A DNA stretch of 64,000 nt from Geosiphon pyriformis uo1 (taxonomy: Eukaryota; Fungi; Glomeromycota), in assembly GCA_016748015.1 (NCBI GenBank), contig JAAOMT010000226.1:1160604-1224603 (forward strand). Reading direction: 5' to 3'. This document shows positions 24,779 through 36,439 of this stretch, piece after piece (the first letter of the stretch is position 1; each line of letters starts with the position of its first letter). Both the position numbers and the translations under genes were made by a program. Under the pieces are notes generated by a model that saw only the letters and a list, made by a program, of their open reading frames with translations, was not told where the DNA came from and made no database searches.

Positions 24779-26040
24779 ATAAATATACAAAAATACTAAC
24801 AACTCCAATATTATATAAATATCCAATTGTTCAAGAAAAAATTATTTCAAAAGGAACAAAACAACATCAAACAACAATCAAAATATTTTATCAATTACCA
24901 AAATATACTTTACCAGAAAAACAAAAAAAATCCAGATCAACCAACCAGAATAATCACAGAACCAGAGAAAGAAACAATATTGTTCAATATGCATTCGGAT
25001 CCAACAACAGGACATTTTAATAAAGAAGCAATCATAGAAAAAACTAGAAAAAGATACTATTGGCTATCAATATATCCAGACATTATCCAATATGTTTAAA
25101 ATTGTAATGCTTGTCAAAAAAGAGGAGGAACAAAACCCAGTGAATTATTGAGACCAATTAAAGTAGGACAACCATTCAATTGTATTGGAATTGACTTAGT
25201 TGGACCATTAACAATTACCAGTAAAGGCAATAGATATATTGTAGTAGCTATGGACTATCTCACCAAATGGCCAGAAGCAAAAACCATTCAAAGAGTAGAT
25301 GCAGAATTCATTGCCGAATTCATTCATCAAGATTTGATCTGTCAACATAGATGTTTAAAAAAATTGTTATCTGATCAAGGAACTTACTTTGTGAATAGAA
25401 CATTTACAGAATTGAGTCAAAGATTTGGGATAAAAAGACCATTATTATTATCATACCATTTACAAACAAATGAATTAGTTGAAAGATTTAACAGAACATT
25501 GTGTGAAGCAATCACCAAGATCAGTTAAGAAAACCAGGACAAATAGGATTTGTTTATATCATCAGTATTATTTGCTTATTGAACAATAAAGCAAAACACT
25601 ATACAAACAACACTATTTAAATTAGTATACAGTAGAACAGCAATATTACCAATGGAAATAGAAGTTAACACTTATCCAACAGAACCAATAACTGAAGACA
25701 ATTTGCAGGAAACATTGCTAAAAAAAACATATGACTTGATGGAAACACTAGAAAACAAACAATGAAAAGCAGCTGATAACATTCAAAAGTCACAAGAAAA
25801 ACAAAAAAACAATATAATAACAAATTACCAGATAAACCAGTTGAATTCAAAATTGGGGACAAAGTACTTCTATATTATACTAAAACAAAAAAACAATGGA
25901 ATAGAAAATTTGACCCCAAATAGAATGGATCATTTCACATAGAAGAAATTCTTAGAAATGGAGCTTATAAATTAAAATGAGACAACAAAATCTTAGCCAA
26001 AGCAGCACATAGTGATTGACTGAAATCATATCATCATAAT
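24779..26040 (+). pseudogene. Element A integrase (separate ORF; start decayed to ATA; C-terminus deleted)
   Basis: MHSDPTTGHF...CNAC; GIDLVGPL; DYLTKWPEA; SDQGTYF; LVERFNRTL. Confidence 0.9.
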
Positions 26041-26130
26041 TCTTGAAAAAAGAAGTTCAAGAAATACTCAACAATAGAAAAATAAAATTAGGAGATCTTA
26101 ACAGGGCTCAATATTAAAAAGAGAAAATAA

Positions 26131-26964
26131 TGTTACTTATAGAATATAGAAAATATATATTAGCATAAATTAGCCAATCAGAGATAGCCATAGTAAATGT
26201 GAAATTTCAGGATTCTTCTCATGAGGAATTGCAGGATTCCAGAAATTTCAGGATTCTCATACAAAAAATTGCAGGATTTCTCTCAAGAGGAATTGCAAGA
26301 TTCCAGAAATTCCAGGATTTCTGGTGTGAAAAATTGAGGAATTGAAGAATCTTAATTATGTATATATAGCAGTAGTGCTAAAGGTAGAAAAGACAGAATC
26401 TTTTAGCTAGAGACCTCTTAGTTTAGATCTGATCTAAACAACCTTTTATTCACAAATATTAATAAATAATTATTCACTATCTCAATCCACTCTTCACTAT
26501 CAATACTTCATGTTGATAGTAATTGATACTTAACCACACTGAAACAATAACTCTTGATCATGGCTATTGATAGAATACTAACTTGCAATTGCTGTTGTTT
26601 ATTTTCTTTATTTTCTGTTATTTTTTTTTATTTTTTTTGTATTTCTTTTTGGTTAACTAATTAATTAAAAATTAAAGCACTGAGTTACAGATGTTATAAG
26701 GACTAGTAAAATACCTGTGAAACAAGAGTGGAACACTCATAGATTTGAGGATAGCTTACCAGAAGAATTACCAGCCACCATGCTGAGAAAGAAATTCGAC
26801 AGAATTACGATTCCAGGAGGCTACTAAAACAACTATTAAAATCTCTGTCTATTATACAAAGAACTTTACACCAAAATTTTCAGATATCAACACCAGAATA
26901 CCAATCAAGCACCAAGTTACAGATTTGTTATTTGCTTTGAGACCCCAAATAATCATCTGTAACA
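26131..26964 (+). repeat. 3' LTR of element A
   Basis: Direct repeat of 7844-8710 with small deletions and more divergence than the B pair. Preceded by PPT AAAAAGAGAAAA. Confidence 0.96.
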
Positions 26965-27112
26965 ATGTTCAAAAATTTTTTAACAAATTTACAGTAGTAT
27001 TCAATTAGTTTTAGAAATTCTCTTAGTTCTCATAAATTGGTTAAAATTGGGAAGTTTTTGACTTTTTTTACTTTGTTTGGATCTGGTTTTACTCTATTAT
27101 TCCCTATTATAT

Positions 27113-27924
27113 TGTTATTCAGAAAAATTTAAAAATTTCATAGAAATATAAATTAGCCAATTAAAAATAAACATAGTAAAAAAAGAATTACAAAATTCCA
27201 GGAATTCCAGAATTTCTGGCTAGAAGAATTGAAAAAATCTAAAAAATCTTATATAATATTAATTATATATATATAGTAAGGGTATTAAAAGCAGAAAAAA
27301 CAGAATTCAGTTCAAAATCAATATCTACAACTATTAATTATTCCATATCTCTTTTTTTGAAAGTAGTTTTTTACAACTTGAAATGAAATTAATTTATATA
27401 TCAATAAAATATCAATTCTTACTTAAATTTATATTACTATTGCTGGACTACAAAATATTAATCACTTTTACTTTATCAGCATTTTATGTTAATAGAATCT
27501 AATACTTAATCATATTGAATCAATAATTCTTGATCATAACTATTGACAGAATATTAATTTTTTATTTTTTTTGCTTTGTTTCTTTGTTGTTTACTAATTG
27601 ATTAAAAAAATTAAGTATTGAGTTATTAATGTCAAAAATAGCCTGGTAAAAGATTCATGAAACAAGAATAGAAATTTAAAGATAGTTTACCAAAAGAATA
27701 TAACTGTCAAAATAAACTGGCCATTATGCTAAAGAAAAAAATTTATGGAATAAACTTTTGAAAAAGTACTGAAACAACTATTGAATTTTTGTCTATTATA
27801 CAAAAAACTCGACCAAAATCTTCAGATTACCAAAATTTTTAGATATTATTAATATTATCCAGCTATTAAACACCAAGTTACAAGTTTGTTAATTATACTA
27901 ATACCCAATTAATTACTTATAACA
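27113..27924 (+). mobile_element. Solo LTR F (A/D-related family) in the RT of C
   Basis: TGTTAT...ATAACA. TSD ATAT/ATAT (27109-27112, 27925-27928). Removing it restores KFLEHIIGNNRVKPDP in C. Confidence 0.92.
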
Positions 27925-30900
27925 ATATGTTCTAAAAATTTTTGTTTAGTCTTTCCAAAAAAACATTTTTTTGGGTTAAGCTTTAGTTTGGCACTTTGTA
28001 AACAATTAAAAACTTGTCAGAATTAAAGCAAATAGTCATTAAATGTTTTAAAAAATACATTGGTATTATTTAAATATATTACAATTAATTTCCAAAAAAA
28101 TTATATATATATAACATTTATAAAATATTGGAAGATAGCTGGAGTATTATAGAGTTCAAAAAACATTATATTAAATTTAAAATTTCTGTTTTGTATAATA
28201 AATACTGTTTTTTTTGTTTTTAAAGTTCATTTTAACTTGCCAATATCTACTGGTTAAGTTTAAAAAAGAGAATTATTTCTTATTTCCTAGGTTATTTAAA
28301 ATTTTTTGAATAAAAGAGGTCAAATAGTTATTTTTTTGAATGATATTATTGAATTTTTAATAGTTTATATAGAACTGTATTTTCCCATTTTTTTTAATAA
28401 CCAATATTATTGGAAAAAACCAAAAGCTTAATAATTTTTTGATCAATTTATTCTCTAATATCTATTGTACTTCCTGTTTAATTAGGTTGTTGTTCATTAA
28501 GATTACTTAGTAGATTTATTGTTTAATAAGTCTGGTATCTTTCATGTTAATCTAATGTTTTATAATATTAGTGTATTTAAATTCATTTTTACTAGCAAAG
28601 ATATCAACATATTAATTCAAAAAAACTTTAAATTGCATTTGTTATAGTATATTTAAGTTTTTCAAGTTTAATTTGGTAATTTTTTCTAGTGTAAACAGAT
28701 AGCTTTCTGTTAGCAGATTCTATATTTGTAAAGTAATATCATAAAATAAAAACAAGTATATAAAGTCTAATATAAGCTAAAGTTTTTTAGAATTCTAAAT
28801 ATTAAAAAAAATGGAACCAATAAAAGTTCTTTTAAGAATCTCAATAATATCTTTAATAGGATTGTAAATAGAGATTTTGAAGTATTTATGAGCTTTGATA
28901 AATATATATAAGTTAACAACATCAATTAAAAAACAAATTTTTGGGTTAGCTTCGAATAATAAAACTTAATTGTGAATTTTTCAATTCATTTTTAAAATAT
29001 ATTATTAATATATGGAAATAGAGATAACTGTATTAGTGTAAATAAGTTCTATCTTGTTATTATTGTTTTTTATAAAATTAAATAGTATGTTTTCTTTTCT
29101 ACTTGATCTAAACTCTTTAATTTTTTTAGCAATAAAACCTAATTTTTTATACATAATAATTAGAGTTAATTGTAATATTTTTATAAAGGACAGAAAAATA
29201 ATTTAGGCAATTTTTTTTTGTGTTTCAATCATATAGAATTTATTAGAATTGTTTTGTAATATTACAATAATATTTTTTATGTATTTAGCATCAATAATTT
29301 TTTCTTTTATGTTGATTTTTTTCTTTGCAAGACTAAATTGGAATGTAATCTGGACTATAGTATTAATAAAAAAAGCTATTTTGAAATTTATTTTTACAAA
29401 GAAATAAAGTACTATAACTATAAAAAATTGTTTGGAGTATTTTAAATTAATTTTAACATTATTTTTATGTGCTTTTTCAGGACATATTTTTTTATTATTG
29501 ACACTATATTATTTTAGCTCTAACTTTTTGAAAAAATCAAAATAGATAAGTTACTGTTCTATTTTGATAGCCTTATTTGGCTCTTGAAATAACAAATTCT
29601 TAATTGTAAACTTGTATTCTTCTTTAAGTTTTGGTAGTTCAATAATAGAATATAGTGTTTTTAAAGGTAAATTAAACAAGAGATTATACCTGTTGCAATA
29701 CTAAAAATAAAAAAAAATTAAGCAATAATTGCATAGTTTTGTATTAAAATTTGCTAGTTTCTGTTTCTGTTTTTTAAATAAAGACAAATTTTTGATACTG
29801 GTCTTAGAATGTCTTGGAGTTATTAATAAATAACTTATTTATTTTTTTAATAGTTACTAAGACATTTTTTATAACATGTATTTTCTTAATTATAGTGTCT
29901 TTTCATTTTGCTGTGACTATGTTCTAAATTTTTTTTTTATCATAGAGATATAAATTCAGTTAGTTTATTGTTCAACTATAGACTATGGTAAACAAAATTT
30001 TTTTTTAGGTTTAATTATTAATTAGAATAGTATACTAACAGGATTTGTAATATAATTTTTTTCTGTTAGAAATATTATTCTATAATTCTTTATTTAGTAA
30101 GATTTTATTACATACAAGACATAATATATTGTCTTATTTGTTTTGTTATTTTGGTTATTTAAATTATTCTAATAAACAAGATTAGCAATAATATTTGATA
30201 ACAGTTGACCATATTTTATTATCTCTAATACAGATGTTTATTAAAGATAACTTTTTTCTACAATTAATACAAATTAATTTCAAGAGTTGATATAGTTGAT
30301 TTTTTTAATTTAAAATTAAGTAAATTGAAAATAATATCTGAGATTTTTTATCAGCTCTTTTTTTATCTTTTTTTTGCCATATAAGAGATAGTAGTAGCTC
30401 TGTTAGAAATTGTTAACTCAAAAAACTTAATAAGTTTCCAAAATTGGCTGAAAAATAAGTTTTTCGAATTTGATTAGAGATTGTTCTGAAACTACTGTTT
30501 TGAAGTATCCACATGTAGTGAATACTTTAGTATATTGTTCATTAAAAATGATTTGGAGTTTTTATGTATTCTAGTCTAATATAGCATAGGCTTTGGATAG
30601 CCAATTATTTCTAACTAGGGCTTAGTACTAAATGGCTTTTATGATAAGTACTTAATTAAGATGTTGATTCTATGAATTTTAAAAAAAAAGTTGTTAATCT
30701 TTCCTATTAATGTTTTGATATTTTTATTTATGGTAATTATTTTAGTAATAACTGTACAATTTATTTGATAGCTTAGTTAATTCATAAATTGTCTTATAAT
30801 TATGCTGTTTACAGATTCACTATTAAGTATTAATTTAATATTTATTTGTCCTACTCTGATATTAGTATATATTGTTATAATTGGCTTATCTTAATTAATG

Positions 30901-32241
30901 ATAGTTTCACTAAAAAAGTCAGTTGTGTTCAAACTGTCAATGTCAAATAAAAATATAGTGATCAAAGTATTATTTTTAGTAATTATGGTAGAAAAAATTG
31001 TTTTAAAAATTTAATTAGTGTTTTAAAAAGAAGGATTGGTAATTGTGACTATATTTTTTTTTTAAAAAATATAACATTACCAAAATTCAAAGTCTTTATA
31101 AGACCAAGATATAAGACTTAGTTTGAATATTTAATTTGTACTGCTCAGAGTAATATGTTACTATAAAATACTGGTTTGAATGTTCTGCTAATAGATTGTA
31201 TTTGATTTTCACTGGTATTTTACTATTTTTAATTATAGTCAATGGCTTGGAATTTGGAGTTGTTATATATTAAAGCTTAATACTGAAGTATTGTCTGTGC
31301 TATTGCTTGTAAAGATTAATAATAAGTCGAAAATTGTTGAAGTAAATATTATAGTTGTGAATATTATGGTAAAAAATATTGAAATCTTATAGTTTAAAAA
31401 TATTTTAGTTGTAGTTAATATTAATTTTTTCAGTTTTGATTAGCTAGTTTTTTTCTGCAATCTTTTGTAATATGCCCAAGTTTTTAACAATAATAACAAT
31501 TGTAAAGATCTGATTTCTAAGATTGTTATTATTGTTGTTAATTTTGCTATTGTTGATAGTTACTAAAGTCATTCCTATATTGTGACAGTTAATATGTTCC
31601 AGAGTTTTTTGTTAAAAATTTCTCAATTTTTTAAGTCAATTTTTTACTTAATTGGATAAGCTTGACTTTAATATTTGATGTTTTATTTATGGCTAAGTTA
31701 ATAGTTTAGGTATAATTGGCTTTTTGCTTTATTGATTCAAAGTTACAGACAAATATTATGACTTTTTATTAGGTATTAGAATAATAAGATCTAATAAACT
31801 AAAAGATACTACTCTTTAGTCCTTTAATAAATTGTTTAAGAGTTTGTTTTAGTGTATAATAGTTTCTTTTGATTGCCTAAATTTGGCAAAAAATTTGATT
31901 AAATTTTCTAAGATAAGTAATTAATGCTTTGTGATTTTTTTATTTTATTATACTAAACTAATTTTGTAGTCTAATAAACATATTAGAGTCACAAAAGTAT
32001 TGTAGAAAAACAAGTTTGAAAACAGCAAAATTGGCTGGTTTTTTCTTAAAACTTTGGTATTATAAGTCTGTGGTTTCTGTTAAGAAGAATAGTAAAACTT
32101 GGATTGTTCTGGTCTTGTCCTAATTATTGGCTTTAATTGTTTTTTTGGCTTTTGCAATCTATATATATGCATTTTTTTCTTTACTGAAAAAATTTTCCAG
32201 TTTGACAATATTTTTGTAAGCCATTATCTAAGTAACAAAAG

Positions 32242-33378
32242 TAAAATTTTAATGTTTAGTCTGGTTCAGTTTGAGTTTAATTAAACTACCAAACCAAACT
32301 GAATTTGAATAGAAAATTTGGCAAAATTTTGAACTTAAACTTGAATCAAACTTAAATTACCAAACTTGAATTAAATTCAAATACATATAACAAGTTTGGT
32401 TTAAGATTAGTTTGAAATTCATGAATATATTTAGGTTTGACTATTAAAAACATTATATTATACTATATTATTATTTAATTTTTCTTTTAATAATTTCTGT
32501 ATTCATAATCAAAGATACTGTATTGCTCTTATAGTTTTAGATACTAAGCAAAATTTCATATCTGTAATCATATTTTTATCTGCAAAAAAGACCAAATAGT
32601 AATTATGTTATAAAGTTTTTTATTATCAATATTAATAACAGTTACTACAAAAAACTAGAGCAGTTTTCTAGTTAGATTGGTCAAAAATCATAAAAAAAAT
32701 AGCAATCTTATCTGTCAAAACATTTTTTCAATTAACTTGTAATCTTTTTAGATATTTTGTCTTTTCTTATAATATTCTTTTATTATAACATATACTGTCT
32801 AATAAAAAGTCTCTAAATAGTGTTATAAAAATTTGATAATATCCATAATTTTACAAGAAAATAGTTTATGTACATATTATAAGACTGTATATTTAGCTGT
32901 TTTTTTTTGTTTATTCAAACTTATCAAAATAGGCTTATACTTCACTCTAAAAACTATATTTACCAAATATATTAATATTTGAATTATTTGGGTTATTAAA
33001 TTCTATTATCTCAAATTTTGAATCTTTAATAATATTGGATAATACTGACAATGAATTTATTTTGGTAAGTTGAAAAGTAGAGTTATTATATATATATAGT
33101 TTTATATACATCTTTAATTGATTATAGTAATTAAACAAAGTAATAATTAATTAACAAATAATACAAATTATAGCTTTTTTTAATTCTATTAAACTTGAAC
33201 AAATTTGTGAACTTTAAACCAGACTTGAACCAAACTCAAACTTGTTAAAAAAAATTCAATGCCAAACTTAAACCAAATCTACTTTAAAAAATTGATTCAA
33301 TTTAAATTCAGTTTATAATTTAAACTGAACTTGAACAATACTTAAAGTTTGATTTAGTTTGGTTTGATCAAAATTCTA
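32242..33378. mobile_element. Non-autonomous hAT-like DNA transposon
   Basis: 8-bp TSD AACAAAAG/GACAGAAG (two G>A differences). ~12-bp TIR TAAAATTTTAAT vs reverse complement TAGAATTTTGAT. Subterminal AAAC(T/C)(T/C)GAAC-type repeats at both ends. Removing it restores the gag frame of C. Confidence 0.8.
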
Positions 33379-34247
33379 GACAGAAGTTGGTTTAATTATT
33401 AACAAAAAAAATATTGATGAAAATATGTCTGGTTGTCTTATTGAGTTTATAACCAGTTGTTTTTTTTATTAATATAGTCAATAGATTATAGAATAACTAT
33501 TGTATCTGAAAGAATAGTAATTAATTTGTTTAGAAGTAGTGTTAATGGTTATGCCCAAAAAAAGTGCTTTTTTTGGGTTTGTTATCTGCTGAGATAAGTT
33601 TTTCAAACAATGATCTATATTTTTTCAAAGATTTGGTTTAAAAATTTTGGTTATAGTCCTAAAAGTATAGAATTCTAAGAGTTTTTGAAGTTCTAGATTG
33701 TGTTTTTGTGAATTGATTAAGTAAAATTTTGCTTCCAAGTGTCTAATGATATGAAAAAATAATTGGCAAAAAAAGTCTTGATTTTTTGTTGATTATAGAT
33801 TGAATTTTTTTTGTATGGCTAGTGTATTCTTATTTTCAGACTTGAATTTTTTGGAGTTAGATTTTAGTAGCTGTTTTTTTTATTTGAGGGCACTATTTGC
33901 TAGTGTATTTCTGGATTTTTTGATTAATTATTAAAAAAATCTTGGCTATTGTTTGTGTAGTAATTGATATTAAGTATGTTAGTAATTTTTAGTAAATTTG
34001 TTTTCTCAGTTTTCTTGTGTTTGTTGTTTGGTCTAGCAAGTAATCAATTTTAGCATATATGTAGTAACAAAAATCATTTTTTAGAATAGTGGTTTTTAGT
34101 TATATTCTTAAGTCTTTTTTAAAATATTGAAATAATGTTTTTCTGTATATTAAGTAATTTTTTTTATAGTTTTAATAGTTGTCATTTTGATGAATTTCTG
34201 GAATGTTTTGTTTCTGTAAATTTTATAATCTTATAAAGAACACCAAA

Positions 34248-35219
34248 TGTTACAAGTACTTTTAATAAAATATTATAATAATATTTAGTACTCTAAATTT
34301 GGATAAAAAAAGCCTAAAAGTTTTTATTCTAAATACTTAAGATAAATTGTTAATATTAGTTTCTGAAGGTTTTTACTAATTTCATCTATAAAGTTTTTTG
34401 GTTATAAGACACAAAAAAATGTTTTGGCTATTTATGGCTTAAGTAGATAAACTATTTTTTCTGAGCTAGTTAAATATAATTGTTAGAGTCTAGTAGTGTT
34501 TTTTTGCTTTTCTGGTAAGCTAATAAAATAACATTAATATTCAATCTTAGAAAGAACTTCTCTTTTTTACCAGGCTATTATAAAGTTTATTCTTAAACAG
34601 TCAATTTTACAATACTGCTATTTCACAAAAGAAAAAAAAAACAAAAAAACAAAAGAAATAAAAAATTAGTATCATTAATTATCATAATTAAAAGCAATTA
34701 ATCCAAGTTGTTATTGTTTAAAGTAATTTTATGTTAAAAACATCTGGCCAATAACAAAAGTAAAAAAATAATTAATTTAGTTTAAACATAAAATTTGTAA
34801 ATTATGTATAAATAATTTTTGGTTTTTAAATATTTTTTTTATTTAAGGTAATATAGATATATAAGTAAGATAAATTTAAGAAATCTGAATAAAAAAATAT
34901 ATTTTGTATCTTTTTTTCTGTTTGTTTCTTTTTTTTTTTGCTAAAACTACTTGTTTTTATACATATTTCTAATTTTACAATGTTGTATTTAATTGCTTAT
35001 TATTACTAACTATTGCTTATTATTTTTGTTGTTGTTTTGTTTTTTTACTATAATTAATTATTCTATGTTATGGTTAGTTGTTTCATATTATTGTGTATTA
35101 TTTTGTATTATCTTGACTTATAATACATTATTTCATGTTATTATGTTTTTTTAAGTTATTATATTTTTAATTACATTTTTTTCCAATATTTTTGGATTGG
35201 TTTTTCTATTTAAATAATA
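34248..35219 (-). repeat. 5' LTR of element C
   Basis: Colinear with 4268-5266; PBS adjacent. Confidence 0.9.
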
Positions 35220-35223
35220 ATAT

Positions 35224-35830
35224 TAAATTTTCAGATTATATTTTTTCTTGTAAAATAGATAATAAAACTTGTAAAAAGCTGCTGAATATTTACATAACTA
35301 TTTGAAAAATATTTTTTGGTTAGCTTAGATTATTTTTATGTGTTTTTTTTATGTTTTTTTTATGTTTTTTTAATATTGTTATATATATAGTTTTATATAA
35401 AAAATTTATTTTTAAAAACTAGTTTTAAGAAGCTTTTTTAGTTTTTAAAAATATTAAAATTGTCAATTATAAGATTGTGAATTTTGTGTGTAGTTTTAAA
35501 CTGGCTTTTAAAAATAATATATGTTTGTTTATTTTAAACACCAGACTTTAATAGAAAAAAATAATTTAATTTTACATAATAAAACTATATTTGTGATTTT
35601 TGTTAGCTTATTATTTGTATTGTTTAGCAATATAATTAAGCTATTGGAAATTTTTAAAGCTTTTAAAGTAAGTTTTAGTATGTATAAATTATATTTGTTT
35701 TTTTTGAATATAGAGAATTTGGTTTTTATATATATAAATATATAGTATTGTTTTAATTAGTCTAAATAACTAATTATATATAGCAAATACATGATTTACT
35801 CTTAGTTTAGATTATTTAGTTTAATATATT
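35224..35830 (+). mobile_element. LINE relic 1, 3' piece
   Basis: Joins 4267 to give the CCHC-like knuckle CLFCKNVKFSDYIFSC. Its 3' end resembles that of LINE relic 2 (~42930-43020). End approximate. Confidence 0.75.
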
Positions 35831-36439
35831 ATATTAAATAATATTTAAATTTTATTTATTAAATATAATAATATTGAGATTAATTTTAAATTAGCTTTTA
35901 TAAAACTTAATTACAAGTTTTATTTAACTTAATAAAATTTATATTAAACTTATTAGTTTTTTAGTTATTTTAATTATTATTTTTAATTATTAAAAATAAA
36001 TTTGATTTTAAAAAAAGAATTAAGTATTTTTTTAAAAAATAAATTAATAATAATAATAATTTAATTGTTAATATATACAAAAATTTTATTAATTTAAAAA
36101 AATTTGATATTAGTTTTTAAAATAATATAAAACATATTATAATAAAAACAAGCAAAATAAATATATAATATTATTTAAATTATTAAGTTTATTTTTTTTT
36201 ATAATTTTATAATTTTATAATTTTATAATTATTCAATTTTTTTTGTATAAATAAATAAAATAATTAAACCAAAAACATAACTTATTGGTTTTTGTTTTAA
36301 AATTATTAATATTAATAATAATATATAAAATTTTTTCTCTTATTAATTTCTTAATTATAATAAAAACATAGAGTTATTAAAAAAATAGTTTTTTTTTAGT
36401 TATTTTTTTAGTACATTTTTTTTTATTGTAATAGAATTA

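Larger units (their letters stand above)
7844..26964 (+). mobile_element. Ty3/Gypsy LTR retrotransposon A (dUTPase-bearing; interrupted by B; ORF3 deleted)
   Basis: LTRs 7844-8710 and 26131-26964 with TGTTAC...GTAACA termini. Perfect TSD ATGT (7840-7843, 26965-26968); removing it restores host C RT frame KFLNITKPFHYLL. Confidence 0.97.
4268..35219 (-). mobile_element. Ty3/Gypsy LTR retrotransposon C (old, heavily decayed; hosts A, B, solo LTR F and a hAT element)
   Basis: Paired LTRs 35219-34248 and 5266-4268. TSD ATGT (4264-4267) / ATAT (35220-35223). PBS TT-TGGTGTTC next to 34248. Capsid ATG 32224. PR ~30900-30650, dUTPase ~29500-29100, RT/RH ~28500-26969 plus 7843-7332, IN 7321-~5990. PPT next to 5267. 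Confidence 0.9.
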
